Positions 7,247 through 16,723 of a DNA stretch of 32,992 nucleotides are shown here, piece by piece. The stretch is from the IMG/VR virus record IMGVR_UViG_3300045988_150650, one strand, 5' to 3'. Position numbers and translations under genes: made by a program. Under the pieces are notes generated by a model, which did no database searches, had not been told where the DNA came from, and was given only the letters and a program-made list of their open reading frames with translations. This stretch comes from a virus. The stretch's first letter is position 1. The number at the start of each line of letters is the position of its first letter.

Positions 7247-9001
7247 CTAATACTCCACTATCGTCTTTCCGTCTCTGAAAATAGTTAAATGCCCCGGGGT
7301 TATGCTGACATAATCGCCATTTTTATTGCTAACTTGGACGATTCCGCCCGTATCTCTGGCCGCTACAGTTATAGTATTCTGGTCGATTTCCTCGCCGTAA
7401 AAGGCATATAGGCCATTGGCATTTAATTCCGCCTTTTGCTTCGTGCCATCATCCCATTTTACATCAAAACGCAGCGAACCTGTATATAGCTGGAAACTGC
7501 GGTTAATCGAAAGGATCTCTCCTTCGCTGCTGATAACTCCGTTTTCTATAACAATATCAGACCGTAGATTCGGCATGCTTGCCGGGCTTACAATCTTCAC
7601 CCCAGATATCGTGCCTCCGTTTATTATGTCGGCTATCAAACCGCCGGCAGTGAGGGCTGTTGTCCAAATCCAGTCGTCATTTGCAGCGGTGCGCCGCCTG
7701 CTGATCTGTAATCCTTGGGTTCCTATTGATAACGCACCAAAGGTTTCACTATCTGGGTCCAGGTCCTCAAATAGTATAGCTCTGACATCTTGTTTTTTAG
7801 CAGCGGTATTTTGTATTCTTAGCTGCGACCATGTGCCGTCGATGAACCCCTTTATTTGCTCAGCCACCACGGAGCCGTCCAGACGAATGGCTGAATCTAT
7901 CCTGTTGACTGACGATGTAACATTGTTGAAATAGTTATACTCGGCCTCGCCGATTACTACGCTGTCCACTTTTTTCAAGATAGAATCGTACACTAAACTG
8001 ATGACCCGCGCCGTCGTGGTGATTCCCAGATGGTTGTTAATGCAATGTATTGTATCGCCTAAACTTACATTTTCTAATACAGCATAGTCCTTATACTGCT
8101 CTGTGTTCTGCAATAGTATCATATCGGCGGATATAGTCACTTTAGGTTTATCCAGCCCCGCTTCAAACTGCTGGTTACACTTTTCTTTCAGAGCAGCGTC
8201 CAGCTCTTCCTGTGTGTCACAGACAATTATGCCTTCCTCCTCATCGCCTTCTCTTGCGTCTTCTCGCATTTTCACGTCTTCGAAGGTGATGGTCGCTATT
8301 TTAATGGTCGGATAGCTATTTATCAGCGGGCTATCAACATAACTGCTATTGGTCATCGTCCACCCGTTATATGCCTTAGGGTATATGCGGGTAACTACTT
8401 CCCGCATGTCTACTTCCTGACTCATGCCGTCCTCTGGGATATTCTTGCCATATCTCAATTCTACGCCGTTGTCCTCGCCTATATGGTCATTGATTATGAC
8501 CATGTAGTTATCGAACAGTATCTCGCCGCCCCAGCGTGATATGAATGAATTGTCGTCGTTTCCGTTTATGGCCTCAATCAGATTTTTGAATTGATAGTAT
8601 GCGGTAGATTTCTTTGATATGTTTGAACTACCCTTGTATTTGTTATTGACCGCAGTCATTATGTCCAGTGCGTCCTGCCCGTTTTTATCGGTCGGCCTGA
8701 CGTCGACCAAAAAACAATCGTCCATAGCGTCGTAGAAAATGGGTTCAAGGGTGGCCGTTATACCGCTGTCCGATTTTGTTTTTGCTTTAATTCTGAACAG
8801 CTGATCGCCGTTAAAGGACGGCATTTTTACAACTGCCTCATCCTCTATATATTTCCATCTGCCTTCCGGGTCTATGGGACAGGTCATTTCTGCCGACCAT
8901 GATTTATTTAGCTCAGCCGTCACTTTTGCTGATATTGGGAACAGCACTATGTCGCCGTTTTTGCTATAGTCTGTGTTATCTGATTTGTATGTCTGAATCA
9001 T
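7247..9001 (-). CDS. Tail-associated protein (Tal / prophage tail endopeptidase family)
   Basis: The assignment rests on size, position after Dit, and an N-terminus typical of phage minor structural proteins (MIQTYKSDNTDYSKNGDIVL...). Its ATGA start overlaps the Dit stop. Confidence 0.7.
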   Translation of the reverse strand: MIQTYKSDNTDYSKNGDIVLFPISAKVTAELNKSWSAEMTCPIDPEGRWKYIEDEAVVKMPSFNGDQLFRIKAKTKSDSGITATLEPIFYDAMDDCFLVDVRPTDKNGQDALDIMTAVNNKYKGSSNISKKSTAYYQFKNLIEAINGNDDNSFISRWGGEILFDNYMVIINDHIGEDNGVELRYGKNIPEDGMSQEVDMREVVTRIYPKAYNGWTMTNSSYVDSPLINSYPTIKIATITFEDVKMREDAREGDEEEGIIVCDTQEELDAALKEKCNQQFEAGLDKPKVTISADMILLQNTEQYKDYAVLENVSLGDTIHCINNHLGITTTARVISLVYDSILKKVDSVVIGEAEYNYFNNVTSSVNRIDSAIRLDGSVVAEQIKGFIDGTWSQLRIQNTAAKKQDVRAILFEDLDPDSETFGALSIGTQGLQISRRRTAANDDWIWTTALTAGGLIADIINGGTISGVKIVSPASMPNLRSDIVIENGVISSEGEILSINRSFQLYTGSLRFDVKWDDGTKQKAELNANGLYAFYGEEIDQNTITVAARDTGGIVQVSNKNGDYVSITPGHLTIFRDGKTIVEY

Positions 9002-9693
9002 AGCGTCCTCCAGTTTGGAATGATCTGCAGACTGAATGGGTTATTTATCGTCAGATCATTCTCGCCTTCTTTTAGGTACAGCCCTTCATAATCGCCTGTC
9101 ACCTTCGTGTTTTGGATCGTACCGTCTTCCTTGTATGCGATCATCAGGTCTGTGTCTATAGTCAGGTTCCCTTCAACGTTTGCAGTCATTATATTACCAT
9201 TAACCCATAGCTTGCACTCCCCTGTTCCGGTCACTATATATATTGGTTTTGATAGTGAATACGGATTCAATATAGTGGGCGTGGTCTGTTCTATGGGTAT
9301 GGTTCCGGATTCAAAGTATGCATATGGTTCGCACAAAAAAGAGGCGGTGAACTCTCCCGCTTCTTTCACTGTCCTATATACAGTGTCTATGGACACATTT
9401 TTGCATTTATAAAAGTTTCCATTTTCGAATGGAAACTTTAACCGGCCACTACCTTTTAGCCACTTTTTAATCTGGGAGAACCTATAACCCCAATCTGTTG
9501 GTCTCGATATGAAGTTCATTTCAACGTCTATAGTTATGTCGTTATATGTACTATCTGAAATGATAAGGCTTCCATCTCTTCCCGGAATCTTTATGCTTTC
9601 GATAGACCTCTGCGGCACAGGCATGTCGGGGCGATATGCTATCTTTATCCCCAGCATACTGGCCGTACGCCCATTAAATTCTAAGTCATACAT
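8998..9693 (-). CDS. Distal tail protein (Dit, siphovirus tail component)
   Basis: MYDLEFNGRTASMLGIKI...IKIPGRDGSL is typical of the Sipho_tail family. ATG 9693 follows a perfect AGGAGG and overlaps the tape-measure stop by 8 nt. The longer track start has no RBS. Confidence 0.75.
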   Translation of the reverse strand: MYDLEFNGRTASMLGIKIAYRPDMPVPQRSIESIKIPGRDGSLIISDSTYNDITIDVEMNFISRPTDWGYRFSQIKKWLKGSGRLKFPFENGNFYKCKNVSIDTVYRTVKEAGEFTASFLCEPYAYFESGTIPIEQTTPTILNPYSLSKPIYIVTGTGECKLWVNGNIMTANVEGNLTIDTDLMIAYKEDGTIQNTKVTGDYEGLYLKEGENDLTINNPFSLQIIPNWRTL

Positions 9694-12600
9694 TCTTGCC
9701 TCCTGCTCTTGCAATATTTCTCTGCAGATTAGATATTCCCCTACTTGCTGTGTCAACTATGTAACCTTGAAACTCTTTGTTTCCAATCATGACGGTAACG
9801 TGGTTGTCCAGCTTCGTTTCATTGACCGGCGAAACTTTTATTGCATTATTATCCATGTTCTTTAAGGCGTTTGGTGAAAGTTGTGGTAATGCCATTTCAG
9901 CTCCCATCAGTGCCGTATTAAGCAGATCTTCTGAGGCTACTTCTACCATTTTAGACGACTGTTCGAGACCTACTGCAATACCCTCACCTATAGGCAGGCC
10001 GACTTTGTCACGCCATACTTTTGATGGGGAATTGACTTTTAGATGTGTCCTTACACCGCTCACTAAGTTGTCCATGATGTTAATGGCACCATTAAGTATA
10101 TTGGCTGAACTCATTCCCGAAAGAAAGCCTTCCGCTGCAGCTCTTCCTTCGGGCTCAAGGTCAACTTTCCCTGCTTTTTTTACATCTTCCATAGTCTGCT
10201 GTACAATAGGCGGAAGTTTGTCCAGTTCATCATCAGCTGCGCCTGTTAAAACTCTTATTGCGGTCTCAACATCTATATCACCCGATCGAATAGACGATGT
10301 TAGGGCGCTAACGAGATTTGATCCGTCAGCCCCCGCTTTATTTACAGCCTCTTGAAACGTTATGAGGGCGTTCAATTCATCCACTGTAGTAGGTATAATG
10401 TACTTGCCTGCGTTTAATGCCTCTACCAATCCATTTGGAAGATCTTCCTTTAACTTTCCGGCCTCTTCTAAAAGTGAATCAAATGCTCCTGTCTGCATTG
10501 CTGCTGCGTTTGAAGCTTTTGTCGCTTCCTCGCTATATGTTCTCTGGGCCTCGTTTAGGTCTCCAAGCTGTGAGTCACAATCTTCTATAGTTCCGGTAAG
10601 GGTTTCTATTGTGGCCTTATCCTGTTCGGTGACGTTTCTTCCTTCTTCTATTAGTTTATTCAGCTTTTCTTGCGCTTCGCTTCTTCTCGCCTCAAGCTCA
10701 GTCACTTTAAGCTGGCTTTCGGCGTACTTCTCTAACGCCTCTTGAGATTGTTTTAAAAACGCGTCCGCCAACGCCTCGTCTTGTCGGGCCTTTATTTTTT
10801 CCCTAATGGCGTCCGTTGTATCGCTCAACATATCGGCTTCTTCATCGTATGATACATTTAATCCTTCCACCGATTCGTTTAGCTGATCGACATACGTTTT
10901 CATTATTTGTCTTTGGGCAGCAGTTTTATCCTCGACTTTATTTAACTCTTCTATTTTTGATATATAGAACTCAGCTTTGTCCCCTTGCGAGGTTATCTCA
11001 TCTATCTGCTTCTCGTGTTCTGCGATTAAATCATTGGCGGCCTTGGTTTCGGCGTCAATACTTTCCACTATCTTCATAACAGCCGTAGCCGCACCAAGCG
11101 CAAGCGTCGCGGTAAGCGTCCATGGATTTTTTGACAATATGCCAAAAAGTCCTTTTGTGGCGCCCTCTGCTTTGCTCATATTCCCGCTCAAAATACCTAC
11201 AGCATTTGAAAGTTTCCCCGCTACTTTTAATGTGGGGGAAGCCGCAGCGCCTATCCCTATTATAGATAAGGTGATTTTTTTTGCTTCCGGCGACATTTTG
11301 CTGAATTTTTCTGTTAGGTTTTTCAACCAGTCAGCAAAACTTTTTACAATCGGTAGCAGCTCATCTCCCATATTCACAGCAACTTCTACCAGGGTGGCTT
11401 TGACTTGCTTTAGTTTTGCGGCTGTGGTCTCATATCTTTGTTGCGCTTCATCTTGCAAAGCGCTATTTTCGTCCCATGCGTTATTGGCTGTATCAATAGA
11501 ACGTGTCAGCAAATCGCCTGATTTTGATAGTGAAAGAAGCGTGTTTGACATGCGTACTTCTTTAATATCCATTTCGTCAAGTATGGCTATTGCACTCTTT
11601 CCGTTTCTTTCCGTATCATTTAATCCGGATATGAACGCCCCTATAGCTGCCACTGCATCTTTTTCGAAAGCCTTCTTAAACTCATCGACAGTCATATTGG
11701 CTACTTTCGCATAGTCTTCCAAGCTTGAAGAGCCCGTTTCTACAGCAACCTGTACTTGTTTAGTAAATTTTGAAAACGCACTTCCGCCCGCCTCTGCTTC
11801 AATTCCTACGGAGCTCATTGCTGTTGCTATGGCTAATATTTGTGGTTCCGTAAATCCGGCAAGGCTTCCGGTTGCGGCAAGTCGTTGGGACATCTCTACA
11901 ATGTCGCGTTCAGTTGTCGCAAAATTGTTTCCCAGCTCTACTATTACAGATCCAAGGCGGCTGTAATCCTCTGCGCTGGTTCCTGTGATATTGGCAAATT
12001 TAGCAAGAGCCGTGGCTGCTTCTTCGGCGCTTAGGTTGGTTGAATCGCCTAACATTACCATAGTTTCAGTGAAGCTCAGTATGTCATCTGTAGCAATTCC
12101 AAGTTGCCCTGCGGCGGCGGCTACACCTGCAATTTCTGTTGAAGAACTGGCTGTATTTTCTGCTAAATCTAATATTCCTTGTCTCAGCGTTTCAAACTGC
12201 TCGTTAGTGCCATCTACGGTTTTCTTAACGTCCGCCCAGGCAGACTCAAAATCTATAGCTGTCTTAGCTATACCAGCGCCTACTGCCGCAAAGCCTGCGG
12301 ACATATATTTGGTCTTGCCGGCGGCTGCTTCAAGCTTGCTTCCCATTTCAGTAGCTTTTATAGAAAACTCTGCCAGCTTGGCGCTTCCGCTGCCAACGGT
12401 GTCCTTTAGGCTTTTTAGTTTGTTTTCGGTTTCTGCAATTTCACGTTGCAAGGCATCATATTTATCTTGCCCCAGATCCCCCGATTCAAGTTGTTTCTGT
12501 GCCTCCTCTGATGCTTTTTTGAGTTCTTGTAATCTACCTTCGGTTTCTTCTATAGTCTTACTCAAATAGCTTTGCTTTTGGCTTAAAAGCTCCGTATTGG

Positions 12601-12745
12601 TAGGATCCAACTTTAAAAGTCTGTTGATATCTTTTAACGCAGTATTGCTCTCTCGTATTTTGGCGTCAACCTTACTCAGTGATTGGGACAGACCAGTTGT
12701 GTCCCCATCTATTTTTATGGTGATTCCCTTAATTCTGTTTGCCAT
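9686..12745 (-). CDS. Tail tape measure protein
   Basis: This 1019-aa protein is helical and Ala/Glu-rich. Its core resembles the TP901-family TMP region (AIDFESAWADVKKTVDG...). It lies directly downstream of the G/GT chaperone pair. Confidence 0.9.
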   Translation of the reverse strand: MANRIKGITIKIDGDTTGLSQSLSKVDAKIRESNTALKDINRLLKLDPTNTELLSQKQSYLSKTIEETEGRLQELKKASEEAQKQLESGDLGQDKYDALQREIAETENKLKSLKDTVGSGSAKLAEFSIKATEMGSKLEAAAGKTKYMSAGFAAVGAGIAKTAIDFESAWADVKKTVDGTNEQFETLRQGILDLAENTASSSTEIAGVAAAAGQLGIATDDILSFTETMVMLGDSTNLSAEEAATALAKFANITGTSAEDYSRLGSVIVELGNNFATTERDIVEMSQRLAATGSLAGFTEPQILAIATAMSSVGIEAEAGGSAFSKFTKQVQVAVETGSSSLEDYAKVANMTVDEFKKAFEKDAVAAIGAFISGLNDTERNGKSAIAILDEMDIKEVRMSNTLLSLSKSGDLLTRSIDTANNAWDENSALQDEAQQRYETTAAKLKQVKATLVEVAVNMGDELLPIVKSFADWLKNLTEKFSKMSPEAKKITLSIIGIGAAASPTLKVAGKLSNAVGILSGNMSKAEGATKGLFGILSKNPWTLTATLALGAATAVMKIVESIDAETKAANDLIAEHEKQIDEITSQGDKAEFYISKIEELNKVEDKTAAQRQIMKTYVDQLNESVEGLNVSYDEEADMLSDTTDAIREKIKARQDEALADAFLKQSQEALEKYAESQLKVTELEARRSEAQEKLNKLIEEGRNVTEQDKATIETLTGTIEDCDSQLGDLNEAQRTYSEEATKASNAAAMQTGAFDSLLEEAGKLKEDLPNGLVEALNAGKYIIPTTVDELNALITFQEAVNKAGADGSNLVSALTSSIRSGDIDVETAIRVLTGAADDELDKLPPIVQQTMEDVKKAGKVDLEPEGRAAAEGFLSGMSSANILNGAINIMDNLVSGVRTHLKVNSPSKVWRDKVGLPIGEGIAVGLEQSSKMVEVASEDLLNTALMGAEMALPQLSPNALKNMDNNAIKVSPVNETKLDNHVTVMIGNKEFQGYIVDTASRGISNLQRNIARAGGKNV

Positions 12746-12754
12746 TTTATCTCC

Positions 12755-13341
12755 TTACAGGGCGTCTATGTCTTCTTGGGTGGCAATGAGAGGGTATTTA
12801 TATTTGTCATTTTGATTTTCTGTGAAAATGTCGAAAACCATGCCCATACTCATTTCTTCAAGATCTGACATAGACAGCCCGGCTTGAATACAACGCAATA
12901 AAAAAAGGGCAGTGTTCATCTTGCGGTCTATTCGCCGCTCTTTTTTTTTGCCGTTGCAATCTGCTTGTTTTCTTCTATCCAAATATCTATCAGCTCCGAA
13001 AATATGTCGTATATACCAGTGAGACCGAATTGTTCGAGCCATTCTGTTATTTCATCGGGCTGACTTGGGTCGCCATTTTTATGCAGTATGTATGCAAAAT
13101 TTTCGAGAGTTTTAGTATGCTCCGGAAGAAGATCCTCGCTCACCTTTTTAGCTTCTTTCCCCTCTTTTTTCGCCGCCTCTTCTATCTCTTTATTTATCTG
13201 CGACCTTTGAGCTATCGACATGAATATTTCATTCATTGCTACAATTAGGTCTTCTTTGAACTTTTCGCGATACATCCTTACGACGGCTGCCGAAGATTTA
13301 AGGCGGCATTTTTTACCGCCTATCTTAACCTCTTTTACCAT
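12755..13341 (-). CDS. Tail assembly chaperone GT-like fusion made by -1 programmed frameshift
   Basis: The G frame reads GCA AAA AAA AAG and the -1 frame reads GGC AAA AAA AAA GAG, continuing as ...KKKERRIDRKMNTALFLL to 12755. This matches the conserved siphovirus G/GT architecture. Confidence 0.7.
12928..13341 (-). CDS. Tail assembly chaperone (G-like)
   Basis: This 137-aa ORF lies between the major tail and tape measure genes. It ends just after an A9 slippery run, and an overlapping -1 frame ORF continues to 12755. Confidence 0.8.
   Translation of the reverse strand: MVKEVKIGGKKCRLKSSAAVVRMYREKFKEDLIVAMNEIFMSIAQRSQINKEIEEAAKKEGKEAKKVSEDLLPEHTKTLENFAYILHKNGDPSQPDEITEWLEQFGLTGIYDIFSELIDIWIEENKQIATAKKKSGE
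12941..12949 (-). other. Slippery A9 run for the -1 ribosomal frameshift (T9 on the plus strand)
   Basis: Nine consecutive T lie at 12941-12949 on the plus strand. They sit at the junction of the two overlapping chaperone frames. Confidence 0.7.
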
Positions 13342-13345
13342 TTTC

Positions 13346-13906
13346 TTACGCTCCTATCTCTTGGTCCTTTTTATATACATCCGTATACCACGCACTCAGC
13401 ACTGCTTCTTCTGTAGTCCCGGTAGTTTTCGCCCTAACGGTACCGTCCTCAGCAGCGGCTGCGGAAATCGTGAGCGTATCCGTCTGCGGTGTGATAGCGT
13501 CCTCGTTGGTTTGTGCCTCTACCGACGGTCTTGTCGCCGTGCAGTTATAGAACCAGAACTTAGTACTTCCCTTATCACCATCCACATCAAAGCCGAGCGC
13601 AAATTCCACTGGTAGCTTATTGGCATTTTCAAACAACACCTTATTTGTGTCCTCGGCTTCCCCGAGTATGTCTGTCCTAAATTCATCAGGTATTAAAGCT
13701 AATACCAAGTCACCTTCATATCCGCCGTTAGAGGATGATACATAGTATTTTATACCGTCCGCATAGAACGGGCTTAATTGCCCCTGCTGTGCAAGGGATA
13801 TGGATACGGCTCCCGGAATTGCGACCGGCGTTTCATATGTTCCCTCGGCCGTCTTTTTGGCATAATGTACATTGTGAATGTTAAACTTCACCTTATTCTC
13901 TGCCAT
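13346..13906 (-). CDS. Major tail protein (phi13-like family)
   Basis: The assignment rests on position and an N-terminus MAENKVKFNIHNVHYAKKT...GAVSISL typical of Phage_TTP_1 / phi13 major tail proteins. Confidence 0.8.
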   Translation of the reverse strand: MAENKVKFNIHNVHYAKKTAEGTYETPVAIPGAVSISLAQQGQLSPFYADGIKYYVSSSNGGYEGDLVLALIPDEFRTDILGEAEDTNKVLFENANKLPVEFALGFDVDGDKGSTKFWFYNCTATRPSVEAQTNEDAITPQTDTLTISAAAAEDGTVRAKTTGTTEEAVLSAWYTDVYKKDQEIGA

Positions 13907-13907
13907 T

Positions 13908-14228
13908 TTAAATTACCTCCATTTCGTAAATAACTTCATATAGTTCCTCTGACTCAATCCATGTTTCGTCTTTTTCATAACAAAAACCGTACTTGTCTAA
14001 TACGGTTTCTATCATTATCTCGTTCTCTAAATTTTTTTCGTCTGTATATAGTTCTATATACAGTCTGTTTATTTTTTGATATACCTCTCCATCAGCAAAA
14101 TAGTTATCGCTTTCAGGGTAAAGATAGCATATAAATGGCGGTGAAACCGCCTCTTTTGTTTTGAAATGGTGATACCTATATGGAATCCCTATTTCATCGA
14201 GCATTTTTTCTATTTCCGACATCTTCAT
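13908..14228 (-). CDS. Hypothetical head-tail joining / tail completion module protein
   Basis: The ORF is translationally coupled and sits between the gp10-like and major tail genes. I recognise no motif. Confidence 0.6.
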   Translation of the reverse strand: MKMSEIEKMLDEIGIPYRYHHFKTKEAVSPPFICYLYPESDNYFADGEVYQKINRLYIELYTDEKNLENEIMIETVLDKYGFCYEKDETWIESEELYEVIYEMEVI

Positions 14229-14608
14229 AGCTTTTTCAATAACCTCTTCTGGGCTTGATCACTCGCCCAATCTTCTACAGGCTTTATATGTACTTTAGGT
14301 TTGACCTCGCCATATGTTCTGCCTCCTTTTCGTAGCGCATGTCCGTGTTCCAATAAATGGGTTAATCTATAATATTTTGCGTTGTATACTGTTGACTTCA
14401 CCCTTGTGTTGGAACTCATTTGTACTCTTGATCTCCAGCTTTTTCTATATCTGCCGCTTCTTTTAGGTGATGTCTGCCTCAGCTTTTTTGCTGCCTCTTT
14501 TCCCACCTCTTTTATTACTTCCTTTGTGATTTCAAATTCAGTGTCAGCAAACGCTTTTAATACCTTTGTGATTTCTGCCGCGAGAGCGTCTGGTCTAACC
14601 TTGCTCAT
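14225..14608 (-). CDS. HK97 gp10-family tail component
   Basis: ...AKKLRQTSPKRSGRYRKSWRSRV... and the gene's position match the HK97 gp10 family pattern. Confidence 0.7.
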   Translation of the reverse strand: MSKVRPDALAAEITKVLKAFADTEFEITKEVIKEVGKEAAKKLRQTSPKRSGRYRKSWRSRVQMSSNTRVKSTVYNAKYYRLTHLLEHGHALRKGGRTYGEVKPKVHIKPVEDWASDQAQKRLLKKL

Positions 14609-14952
14609 TTTTGCCTCTTGTCCACAAACGTCACTTTATTTTCTTCCAACGAAACCAAATTTTCAGGCGGCTTAGCGTCAAACTTCTCTTGCACCTGCAA
14701 GACTTTATATTGCTTCCCATCTATCAATATCATATCAAGCGTGGTAAGTTTTATATCAAAAGGGATTGCCACCGTTTTATCAACCGTCGATGAGTTTATT
14801 TTCGCATTCCAAAAACGAGAAATGCCGACGGTTCGGTTTCCAAACCTTATGTCAGCAAATGTCGTTTTTATAATATTTCTTCCTTCTACCTCGCAAATAT
14901 CAAGAGTGCCGTCATTGAAAGTGTTGAATATTCTATCTTTAATTTTCGGCAT
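14605..14952 (-). CDS. Head closure / head-tail adaptor protein (SPP1 gp16-like)
   Basis: Its size, synteny and a C-terminal DGKQYKVLQVQE-type motif fit head-tail joining proteins. Confidence 0.65.
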   Translation of the reverse strand: MPKIKDRIFNTFNDGTLDICEVEGRNIIKTTFADIRFGNRTVGISRFWNAKINSSTVDKTVAIPFDIKLTTLDMILIDGKQYKVLQVQEKFDAKPPENLVSLEENKVTFVDKRQK

Positions 14953-15226
14953 TATTTTTCACCCTTTCATTTAGGTTGAGTGCTATTATCTCATCGAGAT
15001 ATGCTGCAAAAAACTCATTTAATACTCCGCTTCTTTCATACATGACATAATTAAAAAGGAGTTCTCTCGGCTTGTCCTCTTTTGAATAGTCAAATTCAGC
15101 GCCGCCTTTGTCATTTATGTAACTCATGCCGCGCTGAATCATTCCACTCAGTTTTTTTTCGCCAGCTGGGTCATTCCATGTTATGTCTAAATAGTTTTTG
15201 ATATCATCAAGCAATCCTTCTGGCAT
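14939..15226 (-). CDS. Head-tail connector (gp6-like, Phage_connect_1)
   Basis: LLDDIKNYLDITWNDPAGEKKLSGMIQRG resembles the gp6-like connector N-terminus. It lies directly after the capsid gene. Confidence 0.65.
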   Translation of the reverse strand: MPEGLLDDIKNYLDITWNDPAGEKKLSGMIQRGMSYINDKGGAEFDYSKEDKPRELLFNYVMYERSGVLNEFFAAYLDEIIALNLNERVKNNAEN

Positions 15227-15236
15227 TTTTCTCTCC

Positions 15237-16709
15237 TCAACTCTTAGTTACGGTTACGGTATATTTCTTTGTAGCTTCTCCATCAGTTACGTCTATAGTT
15301 ACGGTATTCGCACCATCTACCCATGTTGCAGCACCACCGTTTTGTATAACAGTATCGCCTACTTTAATCAGTACCTCAGCCGAGGCTTTTGCCGGCGTTA
15401 CTTTTATCATATTTGTAGCATTTGTAGTCCCAGCCGTATAAGTAACTATTTTTGGTGCGAATGTCGGAGATAAGGTCAGATTCCCTATTTGGAGAGCTGC
15501 AAGTGTAGCGTCATCTTCACCTGCTTCAGGTGTTACCACTTCCACTTTGTAACGGAATGGCTGAACTTCGGAAATGTCGAGCAGCACAAACGCATTGTTA
15601 TCCATTGGGAATCCGTTACCATAAAGCTTTATGATATATGTTCTGTCATCCTCAATGAATCTATAGTGGTCTGAATAGTCAATCTGTCCGTCTTTAGATG
15701 TTCCGAGACCCATGAAATACTTATATCCGATTCCGAATATTGCCTTGCCCTGTGGTACGGCAATAGACTGAATTATATCGGCCGGAACCGGAAATACATC
15801 TGCGTACGCCCCATCAGGGCGCAGCATTCTTGTAGCTGGTAATACCTTTCCAAAATAGTCGATAGGATTTACCAGCAGAATAAGATCCTCAACCATTCTT
15901 GGCTTGCCGGAGCCGTCTACAGCAATCTGGGAAACTATGTTTCCAACCTGCTGCATATCAAACGCAGTGATTTTTATTGGTGTCTTGTCAGGATATACAC
16001 CGCCAGACACTATTACATCATCACCCACTTGTTTTATCATTCCAATAGGTTCATCTTTTCCGCTTCCTGCTACGATTCCCATTTCAAGACCATTCTTTAA
16101 TGCCTCGTAAAGCATCTGCCTTATGTAGCTATCAAGCCATATAGGTCCCAGGTCAAGCATGGCCTTGCACACAAATACAAACGCTGAAAGTTTCAAGAGG
16201 CTCATGTCTACCTCTCTTAAGCCTGAAGTTAATTCTTTGATTATTTCATCGCAGAGTTTCCCCCACTTGGCTGCCTCTAAAGGATTGTCATTCAAAAGCA
16301 TTTTTGTGAGACCTGTGGTAGGTGTGAACGAGATTTTTTCAAGGAGCGGATGCCTCGTTTGGAGCTCATCAAACACGGCATCCAGTACCGTCTCCGGCAT
16401 TGCAATATCAAGGTTTGCAACGGCTTCTTTAGGATTAGCGCTTCTTAAGGCTCCTATTACCTTCTCATAATATTTCGTTTCCTCGGCGGTAAGCTGTCTA
16501 ACCCCTCTTTCTGCTAAAACCGCACGGTCTGCCGATGCACTAATAGCCGCCAAGTCTTCACTTGCTGCATCTAATACGGCCTCCTGAATTAAATCCGAGG
16601 CTTCTTTCCAGTATTCGAAGAATTTTTCATTATCTCCTTTGGCAGCTGCTTCATTCATATTTTTGAAAATTTCATTTTTTCTCTGTTCTAATAAATCCTT
16701 GTTTTTCAT
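15237..16709 (-). CDS. HK97-fold major capsid protein with a C-terminal cadherin-like/Ig-like domain
   Basis: It follows the ClpP-type protease and the central region is HK97 capsid-like. The last ~90 aa (LAALQIGNLTLSPTFAPKIVTYTAGT...KKYTVTVTKS) look like the cadherin-like beta-sandwich repeat common in Clostridia. ATG 16709 follows AAAGGA, and GTG 16733 is an alternative start. Confidence 0.85.
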   Translation of the reverse strand: MKNKDLLEQRKNEIFKNMNEAAAKGDNEKFFEYWKEASDLIQEAVLDAASEDLAAISASADRAVLAERGVRQLTAEETKYYEKVIGALRSANPKEAVANLDIAMPETVLDAVFDELQTRHPLLEKISFTPTTGLTKMLLNDNPLEAAKWGKLCDEIIKELTSGLREVDMSLLKLSAFVFVCKAMLDLGPIWLDSYIRQMLYEALKNGLEMGIVAGSGKDEPIGMIKQVGDDVIVSGGVYPDKTPIKITAFDMQQVGNIVSQIAVDGSGKPRMVEDLILLVNPIDYFGKVLPATRMLRPDGAYADVFPVPADIIQSIAVPQGKAIFGIGYKYFMGLGTSKDGQIDYSDHYRFIEDDRTYIIKLYGNGFPMDNNAFVLLDISEVQPFRYKVEVVTPEAGEDDATLAALQIGNLTLSPTFAPKIVTYTAGTTNATNMIKVTPAKASAEVLIKVGDTVIQNGGAATWVDGANTVTIDVTDGEATKKYTVTVTKS

Positions 16710-16723
16710 ATTTTTCCTTTCTG

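Noticed and set aside
9777-12569. Series of long plus-strand ORFs (9777..10355, 10362..10745, 10977..11714, 11985..12569) inside the tape measure gene
   Set aside because: All are antisense to the 1019-aa tape measure gene. They are Ser/Ala/Phe-rich and lack RBSs. This is the typical antisense shadow of an Ala/Glu/Lys-rich helical gene.
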